A stretch of DNA of 64,000 bases from Zygnema circumcarinatum SAG 698-1b (Eukaryota > Plantae > Zygnematophyceae): assembly GCA_037447605.1 (NCBI GenBank), contig CM074815.1:124001-188000 (forward strand), given 5' to 3'. Numbering within the stretch: position 1 is the first letter of the stretch; each line of letters opens with the position of its first letter. The position numbers and the translations under genes are program-made. Below the pieces are notes generated by a model. It saw nothing but the letters and a program-made list of their open reading frames with translations. It had not been told where the DNA came from and made no database searches. Shown here piece after piece: positions 1-14,944 of the stretch.

Positions 1-215
1 AAAAAAAGGGAAAAGTCGATACCAACTTATTGATAAGGACAAGGTCGGTGAGGGCAAGCTACTTTTTTGCCACGTGGTTGCTTACGATTGACCCAAGAAC
101 CTTAGTATCCACAACACTAACAACTTACCTTAATCCCTAATATTAACACTCCTCACAACTCTACCCTTCACTCGTCCCCATTCTCTTTTTTTTCAAATTG
201 CATGTTCACCTGCAG

Positions 216-2960
<2,745 letters not shown>

Positions 2961-4452
2961 GCCAAGTTCTCCCTTTGCTTGACTGTTGGATGGGAAAAAA
3001 TCTGTGCTTTCTGGGCTTAGGACGGACTAGAGGGAGGCGGAGATGAACGAGGCTACGAAAGTGCATCGGGATAGGGCGGGAGAGGGAGAGGGAAGGGGAG
3101 AGGGAGGAAAGTAGGGAGAAAATGGGAGGCGAAGAAAGGTAGAGGTGGGAAAGATCGAAGAGGGGAGGGAGAGAGGGAGAAGGGGATAGATTGAGGGATG
3201 AATCTGAGTTGAGACTTTGAATTCGCTACAAACTCTTCCATATTTTCACGATGAGCTGATTTTTCATCATTGAAGTAGAGTGTGATTGTGAACTGAGCTT
3301 TAGTGATTCGATGTATTGACAATTCAGGGAACGTCTTGTTCTGGATGATGTTTGTGGCCAGGTGCGATATATCGCCCCACATGGGCGCGACTCACAATCA
3401 TCACCAGCATTGAAAACTCACCTTTCTACAGAAAGCAGTCTAAGCATGGCCTGCGTCTCTCTCCCTCACTCTCGCTCTCACATACACAATCGAACTCGTG
3501 TGTTAGAAAAAACACATAGGTGTGCTCTGTACATACAGTATGCCATATATCTACCATTAAGCTCAATTTTTTAAACTCTTGAGCTTTCTGGAGGGCAGTT
3601 GCTTTCCCCTCTAATTGAATAAATTTGAAAGCGAAATTACAAAGGTAGCTTTCCCTAGTGGAGCATCTGAAATTCGTTTCGTACTGTTTTTATGCTTGAT
3701 CTTCTACTCAAATGTGCCATTCCAACTCAGATCAGCCCAAGCGTTGAACAATCGATTAACCGAATCTATCTAGGCTGTTTGAGAAAATCAAATGACAAGA
3801 AGCAAACATATTTTTATGTAAGGTGCATCTTTTGATCCATTTATTGTCTGCAGGTCACGGCTCTCCGCAGGGAGAGAGGGAAGGGGGCAGAAAAGGAAAT
3901 TGCAAAAAGAGCGGAGAGAGAGAGGGGGTGAAGAGAGGGGAGGGAAAGTGGAGAGAGGGAGAGAGAAAGAGGGGTACAGGGAAAATGGCGGAACCAAGGA
4001 GAGTGCGGGGGAGATCGCAGAGTGAGATAATGGGGTTGGAGGCTGAGGTGAGAGTGAAAGAAATAGGGGTAGAGAGGGAGAGAGAGAGGGGTAGATACTA
4101 TCGCGTAGAGGGATGTGGAAAGGGGGAGGGAGTGTGAAAAAGAGAGACAGCATGCCGTATGTCATAGCATGTTACCAAGATCTCAACCTTCTCTTTATTT
4201 AAAAAAAAAAAAAGATATCAAAAACAGAAATGAAATTCCTTTTCAATCAAACCCCACTCCGCTATTGCCCTGAATTGACCATCGCTTCCCCGCCGCCTCG
4301 CTTGCGACTACTACGGTCTAAAAATGTTAAAAAATCTGCGCGGACTCCGCTCATATTAGAACGCGAACCTTCCTTCCTCTGTACAGCACACTGCAAACTA
4401 TCACTGTATATATAACCTGTCACTGTAAATGTAACTGCAGCGGCGTGTGGCC

Positions 4453-6561
4453 CTACTTCTGCTCGTCCTCTATTTCCAGCCCCTCTGCCGCCAGCAGGTC
4501 CTGCACGAGGAGCTTTCGGGCCGAGTCCTCCGCCCGCCTGCGTACAATGTCGCGCTTCTTCAGCACCAAGTTGTGACGCTTCAAAGTCGTCTCAAAGCTT
4601 TGAAGGCTCGCCTGCCTCTGCCTCTCCATCAGCCGCCTCTCCTCCTCAGGGTCCATCTGAACACACCGCACTCCCAAACATGACAAGATAAGAACATAGG
4701 TCCTAGACGAATGCGAAGGGAAGAGTCCCTCCCTCTCTCCCTCTCTCTCTCTCCGTCCCTCTCCGTCTCTCGCTCGCACTCTCTCGTGTCGGCCTCTCTC
4801 ACCTTGGCTTTGGCAAGGTTCCGTGCGCGCATACTGAGCTCTCTCTGCTGCTGCTCTGCCCAAGCGGAGACTGCGAGGTCGCCTCTCTGCTCAAAGGCTC
4901 TCCGCTTCTTCATCACCCACTCCATCCACGCCTTCGAGGCCTGCGTAAGTGGTCAGTTCTACAGTCAGTTGTACCGTCAACTGACCGCATGTACCGTTAT
5001 ACAGGTACATGCATGGACATGAATAGCCACATCACAAGGGGTTAAATGTACACTACAGGGCATGCGGGTCGATTGCTGCTTGTCAATTGGAGCATGGGCG
5101 AGTCAGACTTAGGTGGTCTGACGGCGGGAGAGGAGGAGGAAAAGGGGGGCGGGAGACTGGGGAAAGCAAGGGCGAGTGGGGAGAAGTAAAGGGGGTAAGG
5201 GAGAGGGAGTGTGGGGAGGGAGGGGGACACGGAAAGGGAAAGGGAGACGAGAGGGAGAGGGTGAGGGAGAGCACCTTCATGGGGTTCTCCCTGTTCTCAA
5301 AGTCATACTTGCGCCTTTCGTCGGAGTCCATAAGCAGTTCGTAGGCAGCCTGCACTTGGATGAACCGCGACTCTGCCGTCTCGCCCTCTGACAGTTCCGT
5401 GCTGCCATCGTACACTGAGCTCCGTTGCACGGAACGGAGCAACAGAGAGAGGGCGTTAAGGAAGTCGAGCGGACCCTCTCAGCTGCTCAGCTGCTGCTGA
5501 TCCGATTCAATAATTCACAGAAGTTTAAATTGCATGACAAGGAAACGTTCAGCATCAATAGTTCGGATGAAATAATGCCAGCAGTGACAAGAAAATAAAC
5601 GAAAAAAACTCAATAAGAGAGAATCAATGCGTGTGATGCTATTTGGGCGGTTATTGGAATTCACCATCTGGGTGAAATCTTTTGGCCATTTTCCGATATG
5701 CAACTTTCACTTCTTCTTCCGTCGCACCGAAACCAAGTTCTGCACAGGAAAGGAAGTTAGGTCAGAGGCAGTTTTTTTTATAGTAATATTTTTTAAAAAT
5801 TGTAAAGGTGAGACTATTATGGTGTTTTAAAATGTCCTTAGGCCTAAACGGAAAACAAAGATCGTGGCTTTGACAGAGAAAACGAAACGAGAAGGAAAAA
5901 AAACGAACGAAGTGGAATTGTGCGAGAGATTGATGAAAAAGTAAGTCACATAATAAAGCTATTTATAACAAAAAAAACTTGATTCTACACTTTTCACTAT
6001 ACTTAATAGAAGAATTGATAACTCACAGTAAAGAATTAAGACCAAGCATGCATTGCATTAAACGCCGAAGTCGGAAGAAATCACACAAACCAATCCTAAC
6101 CTTAAACCTAACCCGCCTCAATTTTAAATGAAAAGGCTTGGCGTGTTCCAAATCCCGATGAATAAATTAGGCACAATGCTTCAATTCGCCGGAACATATC
6201 CGCTCAGTTCCCCCAAAACATGCAATCATAAAGAAATTAAAAAAGGCCAAAACATGGAATACATACCGAGAGTTTCATACGGCGATTTTTCGCTCGTCCA
6301 TTGCGTTGCTTGACAGCGAACCCCCAGCTGTCGCCGTGAGCCACTCCCACGCTGCCAGCTGTCCCGGTACAGTCCTGCGACTCCTCTGCATTCGACACGT
6401 GTCAAGCAGCGGGAGATAGATTGTCTCTCTCTCGTTCTGTCTGATTTTATGCAGGGAATGATTGAATTAGGGTTTGCGCCAAAACTGGGGTTACATGGGC
6501 AACGCCGTAACAGCGGATTTCTTAGCACAATTGACGACCGGGGAAACAGAAAAGAGGTCAT
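4453..6561 (-). CDS. Plastid-type DnaJ (type III J-domain) protein, resembling Arabidopsis At1g77930/DJC65 as recalled
   Basis: Exons 6561-6267, 5739-5665, 5414-5275, 4940-4803, 4656-4453, all phases compatible. Ser/Arg-rich N-terminus, then WTSEKSPYETL|ELGFGATEEEVKVAYRKMAKRFHPD|VYDG...QAAYELLMDSDERRKYD...NPMK|ASKAWMEW...DLLAAEGLE. HPD motif intact. Confidence 0.9.
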
Positions 6562-7384
6562 TTTTGAGAAAAAGTAAGTCTGGCAAAAAAAATGCAATAT
6601 AAATTCTCGGGAATTGAGCCAAAAATCTGTACATTCGGTGAAAAAATGAGACCAATATTAGGGTTTCGCCATGTGGGGGGGGAGATCCGCCTCTCCTTGC
6701 AGGAGAAAGAGAGGCGAGGGGCTAAGCGACACGTGGCGCCAATGAAAGGAATATGGCCAATCAGAGGCGTTCCTGGCACGTGCAAAGCCGCGTGGAGGCC
6801 TCCGATTGGCCACTGCGGTACCTCGTGGCAGGCGGGAGGCCACGCGGGCCGGGACCCGCCCGCGGGAGGGGGCCGGTTGCGGGGCACAAACTGGGGCTCA
6901 AAAGTTTGCAATTGTCTGATGTCACATGACGTCATTAGTGCAGTTACCGACGGTAACCAGGAGCTCACATTTTCCAAATTTCGCCAAACTTCAGCATAGA
7001 ACTCCTGGCTTTCGTTGTACGGTCTGCTTGTCCCCCAAAAGATGAGCGGCTCAGAATGTGCCACGTGTCCTTGTCTCACTTTGCCACGTCACTGAAATCC
7101 GTACTCTCGCTTCCCCCCTTCCCCTCCCCCCTCTCGCTCTGCCCGCCACGTGGCGCGCCTCGCTTCCCGTTGCCACGTGGCTCCCTTCCATCCCGCCACG
7201 TCGACACCGCTCTCAGGTCAACCAGACATCGCCACGTGGCACCATGCTGTTGAATCCTGGCGTCATCAGCCACGTGTCAAGCGCTCCCTCCTTCCCCCCT
7301 TCTCCCTCAGGGAAGCCCTCCGGCAGCCATGGCTGCTGCTGCTGGCGGAGGGTCGCACGCTCGCACCCTCCTCCCTCTTCCGCC
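6562..7384. promoter_or_regulatory. Bidirectional promoter between DnaJ and ABCD with a G-box/ABRE array
   Basis: CACGTG at 6730, 6777, 7062, 7147, 7174, 7233, 7271; further GCCACGTC copies; TGACGTCA near 6928. Confidence 0.6.
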
Positions 7385-10300
7385 ATGGCTGGAGCTTCTG
7401 CTGCCACGTCATCGCCAAGTGCACGTCAGCTCAGCCACGTCAGCTGGGCGTTCCGTGTCACCTTCCAGGGCGGTCGAGCCGCTGCAAACTGCGGGGCTCA
7501 TGGAAACCCTAATTTTGTCCGAAAAGGGAACCTGAATGTGCTCCTTTGTCGCTCGGCGAAGGCGGAGAGAGCGTCTTCGAGGGGGAAGGCAGAATGTGGG
7601 ACAGGGGGGATGCACCGCTGTCCCAATTGTGGACTAGGGGGGTTGAATCTGATTTCCAGGAAGGGGTTGAGGGGAGGACGGAGTCACCGGGAGCGCGCAT
7701 TTGAGTGCAGAGGGAAGCCATGGACCGGCAATGAGTCGCCGTACGAGGCGCTCGGTGCGCACATTTCTACTTTTCTCGTGCTTTTTTTCTTAAGATTTGG
7801 GCAAATGCTTGAAGGAAGGTGCAAACTGATTTAAAACTGGTTTTGGGGGAGAAAAATGCAATGGGGTTGGTTGCAGTGTCGGCAGAAGTTTACTCACTGT
7901 GCATTGTTAACTGCCTTTCCATTCGACGCATACTTCGCCGTTGACTGAATCTGCTGAAACGAAACCGTACTAAATTCTGGCTTAAATTTTCGCTCAGTCA
8001 TTTGTTTACTTTTTAATAAACGTGAAGTTGGTGTTGATGCTTGATTTCAGAAATCGGAGGCGATGCCTCCGAGGAGCAAGTGAAGGCCGCCTATGAGAAA
8101 CTGAAGCAGAATTTGGGCAATGGTGAGGTACTGAGCAACCGATGAAGTTATTGAAAGTAAAAGTAATAAAATGTACTGAAAAACAGACAGGTAGGGAAAG
8201 CGATAAGGGAATCTACACGCCTGATGGTGGGAATCATGTTGTGATTCTCATGTCAAGAACGTACTGTTTCAACCATTCCTTGCGCATGTGCGCTCATGCT
8301 GACATCGTCACAGGACCAATCGGTGCAACAGGGGACGCGGAAAATGCGGACTCGCGAATGTCCCAAGTTGAAGCGGCGTACGAGCTGCTGACAGACGCGG
8401 AGGAGAAAAAGAAATATGATGCCGAACACCCGCAAGACTCCCAAAAGGTGTTTTTTTTCACATGACTCCGATGTGCTTTGTACATGGCATGCATCGCCCT
8501 CATCACCATGACCATGCCCATGACCCTCATGCCTCCATGGCCGGCAAGTGCATGACCCCATGACCCATGACCCATGCATGGGCGCGCGTGCAGACGGGGG
8601 GCGGCGGGTCGGACCTGGGGACGCTGGTCCGGCGGTTCGTCCAGGTGGCGGCGCCCTACTGGCGGTCCCCGGACCGCGCGCAGGCCCGGTCGCGCGCGGC
8701 GGGCGTGTTCGCGCTCACGCTCGCGACCACGGGCGTCAGCGTCGCGTTCAACTTCCTCGGCCGCGACTTCTACAACGCGCTCGCCAGTGCGCGCCAAACC
8801 CGCCACCGCCCGCCGGCATGCATGCATGCATGCAACCCCATGCATGCATGCACCTGCATGCACGCGCCAGAAGATGGGTGCATGCACGGATCTTTGTTGA
8901 GGTCATGAATGGGCTTCGACATGTGTGCGGGCACGATTGCATGCAGAGATCTGCGGATGCATGGATGTATGCATGGTGCAGGCATGTTTTTGTGGCTAGA
9001 TAAATGCATTGCATGGGTGTAAGGTATGTATCTGTGTGCATGCATGAATGAGATGTATCTTCTCATCGCAAGCATACTTGTAAGCTCAAAAACAAAAATT
9101 GTCCTTGTTAATTTTGTCACCTCTCCCTCTCTGTCACTCACACACTCTCTCTCTCTCTCTCTCTTAAGTCTCTTTGGTCCTCCATTTCTTTCGTCATCAT
9201 GAAGCTGATGTTATTGAGCTCGGTTTTCAGGCAAGGATGAGGAGGCCTTTTTCCGACAGCTCCTCTACTACTTGGCGGCTTTTGTGGGAGGCATTCCGGT
9301 ACAGCCACCGCTTCAATCTCTCTCTCTCTCTCTCACTCTCTCGCTCGCTCTCCCCCCCTCTCCCTTCCCCTTGCCACCCTCGCTCTCTTTCCATCAGTCG
9401 CAAGCCTACCGCCCATTGGTTACTTTAACTCCAACTGACTCGAAACTGAACGGCACCATGTAACGCCATCGCCACTGGAGTTCTATGCAGGTTTTTGTTC
9501 TCCGTGATTTCTCGCGTGACACGTTGGCTCTCCGTTGGCGAGCATGGATGACCTCCCGCTACATGGACCGTTACTTCCAACATAGAACCTTCTACAGCAT
9601 CCAGTCCCAGTCCCTCATAGACAATCCTGACCAGCGAATAGTCGACGATTTGAACGCGTTTACGGGCACAGCTCTGGCCTTCTCTTTGGCTCTGTTTAAC
9701 GCCACCATTGACCTCATCTCCTTTAGCGGAATCCTGTACGGCATCTACCCTCCCCTGTTTGCTCTCCTTGTGGTCTACTCCTTGGGAGGAACAGCGATCA
9801 GTGTCGCCCTTGGAAAGGTGGGTGTTCGTTTTTTCAAATGTCTTGCTAAAGCCTAACCCTTAAGAGACTGAAAAAAGATTCGAAATGTAAATAATTAAAT
9901 AAGAAGCCCTTCCAAACGTGATGAAAACCATAAGCTCTCTCCACTCTCGATTTCACTTTTTCCATCAAAATTGTCCCCTTTTTCTTCACGTTTCCTGTTT
10001 GCTTTTCCATTGGGCAGAATCTGGTGGCTATAAACTTTTTGCAAGAAAAGAGAGAGGCGGATTTTCGGTACGGCTTGGTCCGAGTGCGCGAAAATGCGGA
10101 ATCCATCGCTTTTTACGGCGGGGAAAAGTCAGAAATTCAGCTTCTACTGCAGCGATTTAAGCTATCGTTTGAAAATTACACGGCAAGCTTGATTCCCATT
10201 CATTCATTATTCGACCCTTTCCTCTCTTCTAATCCACCATTTTCTTCATGCCGTAGCGACCAATGACCCCCTTATTTCTTATTTTTTGGGTTTTTCTCTG

Positions 10301-13300
10301 CAGCAACTGTTGTTAAGTACGCGAAATCTGGAATTTTTCACATCCTCATATCGGTACCTAATTCAGCTACTCCCGGCGGCGGTAGTGGCGCCGCTTTATT
10401 TCTCGGGGAAAATCGAGTTTGGGGTTATAAACCAGTCCTTTTCTGCATTCAATCACGTGTTGAGCGATTTCTCGATTATTGTGTACCAATTTCAAGCCCT
10501 AAGCACCTTTTCTGCTGTGGTCGATCGATTAGGTACTACAAAACCCATTCATACTTTCCAGCTTAATCTCCTTTCCCCCTCCTCCCNNNNNNNNNNTCCC
10601 CCTCCCTCCCCTGTGTACACTAGGTAGAAATCACTGACTTATGTTAGTCTATATAACTGCAGGAGAGTTTAATGATATCCTCGATAATGTGCCGGGCACT
10701 GCGGCCGATAAGGTGACGAAAGAAGATGGGTCTGAGACGGAAAAGACTTCAAAGGAGGCTGCGCCGATAGTCGCCCTCATTGATATTCCGGTTTTGAAAA
10801 GAAAGGAAAACTTAGAAAATGAGGTTACATTTTTGCAAGAAATGGGCCATAACGGAACGGAAACAGAGAATATTCCACTCTTAGAGATTCAAGACTTGAC
10901 GCTATTTACGCCCCAATATTCGCTCGCTCTTGTCAACGAACTCAATTTAACCGTACGAAAGGGGGAGCATCTATTGGTGAGTTGATTCAAAGGTGGTCAG
11001 AAATGTAAATTAGACTACCATTAGTGGATTAGTCAACTTCTCTTTAGGCTTAAGGTTGAAAGGGAAGGGTTGAAGTCGGGTTGCTTGAGGGCTCTCATTT
11101 TGCTTAGCCTTTGTTTGTTTTAGCTCATGTCCTCCTCCCCATTCCACTTCGTCTCTCTCCCATCGCTTCTCGTCTCTCGTTTTCCCCTGCCCCCCTCTCT
11201 TTCTCCTCCGCTCCCTCTGCCTTTTCTCCTTCCTCCCCGTTCCCCCTCCCCACGTTGCCTCTCCCCTTCATCTTTCCCTGCCCTTTCACTTTCCTCTCCC
11301 TTCCCCCCTCCCCCTCTCCTCTTCCTCCCTCTCCCTCCCCCCATCCCGTCTCTCCCTCTTGTCTTCTCCTCCCTCGTCCCCTTCCCTTTCCTCCAATCTC
11401 TCTCTTCCTTCACCCCTTCCCCTTTTCCCTCTCGTCTATCACTCGCCCCCTTATCTCCTCCTCCCCCTTCCCCCTCTCCCGCCTTCCCCTTCCTCTCATT
11501 TATCGCTTTTAGGGTTTTTAGGGTTCCCCTCTACCCCCTTCCGTCTCTCTCATCTCACCCTGCCCCGCCCCTCTCCCTGCTCCCCTCTCCCGCTCTCACT
11601 CTCTTCCACTCCCTCCCCTCCCTCTTACCCCTCCCTCCCCCTCTCCCATAGATCATGGGTCCAAGTGGCAGCGGCAAAACGTCCCTTCTTCGAGCCATCG
11701 CCGGCCTGTGGCGCAGCGGAGAAGGGAGCATAAAGCGCTATATTGAGGCTCCGAGTTCAACTTTACCCAACGGATCCACTCATGGCCCGGGATCCACCGC
11801 AGAGCTCAAGAGCGAACCCAATGGGGCAGTGACAAGTGTCGAGCACTCGGGTGCGGATGAACAGACCGACCTGTCGGAGGGAGGGGCCATATTCTTTGTT
11901 CCACAACGTCCGTACATGGTGCTGGGCGACCTTCGGCAACAGCTGCTCTACCCGACGTGGAGCGACGAGATGCTGCCACGTGGCAGCACTGAGGAGGAAG
12001 TCAATGGTGAGCGATAATTATCGATTTGATTGGGCTTCCACGCCAACCAAAACTTCTCCCCCCCCCCCCCCCTTTCCCTCCTCCTTTCCCCTCCTTTTGT
12101 AATTCGAAATTTCTTCACCCCCTTGTCATCAGGATTCCCCGACATATCGCCCTCTGCGTCCGCACCTTCAACATCCCCAGATGCAACAGACATCAACGGC
12201 GCATCATCCACCGGTGGATCTGACGGATCAGGCAATCAATGCCACCAACCCAACGCCCCGGGCAGGGCGGCGACCGGCGACGCTGTGGCAGCGTCGCCCA
12301 CAGTGCGCTCCGCCGCGTGGCGGCACGGAGAAGGCGGGCTGAGGCAGCCGTGGGAGTGGGCGGGCGTGCTGTGGATGACGGGCAGGCGCGATGGCGGTGG
12401 CAGGCTCCTGCTCTCAAGGCCGCTGCTCGCGCTAATGGACGAGGCCACAAGCGCACTGGACGAGGACAATGAGGTGTGGGGGGGGGGAGGGGGAGGGGGA
12501 GGGAGGGAGGGAGGGAGGGAGGGAGGGAGGGAGGGAAGGGAGGAGGGGGAGGGAGGGAGGGAGGGAGGGAGGGAGGGAGGGAGGGAGGGAGGGAGGGAGG
12601 GAGGGGAGGGGCGAGGGGAGGGAGGGAATGGGAAGGGGAGGGAGGGAGAGGGAGGGGAAGGGGAGGGAGAGAGGGAGGGAGGGGAGGGGGAGGGAGGGAG
12701 GGAGGGAGGAAGGAGGGAGAGGGAGGGGAGGAGAGGGAGGGAGGGAGAGGGAGGGAGAAGGAGAGGGAGGGAGGGAGGGAGGGAGGGAGGGAAGGGGAAG
12801 GGAGGGGAAGGGAGGGGGAGGGAGGGAGGGGAAGGGAGGAAGGGTAAGAAGGGAGGGGAGGGAAGGGAGGAAAGGCAGGAAGAGAAAGAAGGGAGGGAGT
12901 GGGGGGGGAGTGGGAGGGGGGAGGGAAGGGGGTGAGGGGAGGGAGGGAGGTGAGGAGGGGGCTGGGCGGAGGGGCGGAGAGGGCGGAGAGGGCGGGAAGG
13001 GGCGAGAGGGCGAGAAGGGCGGAGAGGGCGGAGAGGGCGAGGAGGGCGGAGGGCGGAGGGGCGAGAGGGCGAGAGGGGCGGAGAGGGCGAGAAGGGGGAG
13101 GGGCAAAGGGCGGAGGGGCGGAGAAGGGCAAAAGGGCGAAGGACAGAGAGGCGAGAGGGCGGGGAGGGCGGAGGGCGGGAGGGGCGGAGAGGGCGGAGAG
13201 GGCGGAGAGGGCGGAGAGGCGGAGGGGCCGGAGAAGGGCCGAGAAGAGGCGAGAGGGGCGGAGAGGGCGAGGAGGGCCGGAGGGGCCGGGAAGAGGCGGA

Positions 13301-13748
13301 GAGGCGGAGGGGCGAGAGGGCGAGAGGGGCGAAGAAGGGCGGAGGGGCGAGAAGGGCCGAGAAGGGCGGAGGGGCGAAGGGGCGAGAAGAGGCAAAAGGG
13401 CGAAGGGGCAAGAAGGGCAGACGGAAGGGCGAGAAGAGGGCAAAGAGGGCGGAGGGGCGAGAGGACGGAGGGGCGGAGGGGCGAGAAGAGACAGAGGGCG
13501 GAGGGGGCGAGAAGGACGGAGGGACGGAGGGACGGAGGGGGCCTCAAAGTAACCTTCTGCTTTTTGCTTTGTTCTTTTCCACGTCTCAGGCGTACCTGTA
13601 CGAGCTGGTGGAGGCTGCGGGAGTGACGGTTGTGAGCGTTGGCCACAGGAGCACTCTCAAGCGTTTCCACCAAAACATTTTGCACCTGCAGCCCGCCGAG
13701 GGCGGGCTGAAAGGGAAAAATTGGGCCTTTTTCCCTACGGAGACTTAG
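7385..13748 (+). CDS. ABCD2: Plastid ABCD2-type half ABC transporter with N-terminal transit peptide and J-like domain
   Basis: Exons 7385-7754, 8051-8122, 8314-8447, 8594-8786, 9231-9298, 9491-9817, 10018-10182 (GC donor), 10304-10532, 10663-10976, 11652-12006, 12133-12473, 13590-13748. TMD motifs AFNFLGRDFYNAL, DNPDQRIVDDL, EADFRYGLVRVRENAESIAFYGG; Walker A GPSGSGKT; Walker B ALMDEATSALD; H-loop SVGHR. Signature region is garbled (see findings). An alternative in-frame ATG lies at 7244. Confidence 0.9.
12478..13541. repeat. G-rich intronic tandem repeats (GGGA tetramer, then ~9-10 nt GAGGGCGGA-like units)
   Basis: Visible periodicity filling the last ABCD intron; source of the long Gly/Arg/Glu and Pro/Ser/Leu ORFs. 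Confidence 0.9.
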
Positions 13749-14944
13749 CGTGCTGAATGACACCCCGTCGGCATTGTTATTGTTCCGGCTATCCAAAGAG
13801 CTGTGCGTGCACCGTAAAGCAGAACGAAGGTAGAACTATATGCTTGTTTATAAATGTGTTTCTTTCTATCGGGTTTAAAGTTAGGGTTAAGATAAGACAT
13901 TAAATTGGTCAGAGAATTGGAGATTCGTTTGTTTTGTTTGACTATTCGTAAGGATCCGGATACCAATCCCAACTGTTGGATGAATTCGATAGCGAACAGG
14001 TATTTTTTTTTTTTTTTGGTTCAAGCAATGTTCTCCTTGAGCTTTAGTTGAACAATTTAATATTCCTCCCTTGCAATATCTCCGTGGCTCTGCCCGTCTC
14101 TTCCTCCCTTCTCTATCTCTCGACCTTCCCGCTGTCTTCTCCCATCCTCTCCTCGTTGCCCGACACTCTCCTTGCCTCCCTCTCCCCCTCACTCTCTCTC
14201 TCCCAACACTCCTTTCTTGCAGTTCCCTTTTCAGCCCCCCTCTCCTCTCTCATCCTGCAGTCTCTTTCGCACACTGTTTCTCCCTCGTGCCTCCCCCCCT
14301 CACTCGCCCCGTCGCCGTCCCACCTCTTTTCTTTTCCTATCTCTCTCTCTCTCACCCCCTCAATATCCCCTCTACTTCTGCTCTCCCACCTCCCCCCCCC
14401 CCGCCCCCCACCACCACTCACTCATACCAGACCCCTCTCTTTTCCACACTCCTCCCTCTCCCCTCTCCCCGTCTGCTCTTTCTTCCACTCTCCTCCATCT
14501 CCACTCTCCCCCTCTGCGCTTTCTTGCGCACTCCTTATGCCTCCACCTCTCCTTCTCGCGCCTCTTTCCCCATCCTCTCGCTCTCTCCCTCTCGTCCCCC
14601 CGTTCGAAAGAAATGACCATCATTCAGAAAACCAAACAGGACATTCAAATAAATCCCGGTAACCAAACTAAAAAAATTGCAGAAAAAATACACAAATATG
14701 CACTGTTGTTTCCTCGAATGCTTATTTACACATGTTCAGGCTCCGGCTCATTGGCTTCTTCATATACGGAGGTGACACTCAAAAAGCATCCATCAAAACT
14801 TCCTACACTGGGAATCGCCCATCTTTGCCATCCAATTTTTCATATTGGTCCTGTGCCATCATCAAATTATCTATCAAAAAAAGTGAACCGCAGACCTTTA
14901 TTTTCTTTCGCATAGGAACAAAATTCCAAAAATGCCATGAAATT

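Noticed and set aside
3053-3382. Minus-strand ORF MWGDISHLATNIIQNK...
   Set aside because: No recognisable motif or partner exons; runs into a purine/pyrimidine tract; possibly UTR.
8051-8447. NdhT/NdhU (CRRJ/CRRL) assignment for the J-like exons or the DnaJ gene
   Set aside because: Lacks their YDW...TM C-termini; the J-like exons match the adjacent DnaJ instead.
10587-10596. 10-N gaps (also 32185, 34019, 40464, 59276)
   Set aside because: Assembly gaps at G/C homopolymer or repeat tracts; local intron lengths are unreliable.
12193-13796. 390-450 aa Pro/Ser/Leu and Gly/Arg/Glu ORFs
   Set aside because: Stop-free frames of the G-rich repeat in the last ABCD intron.
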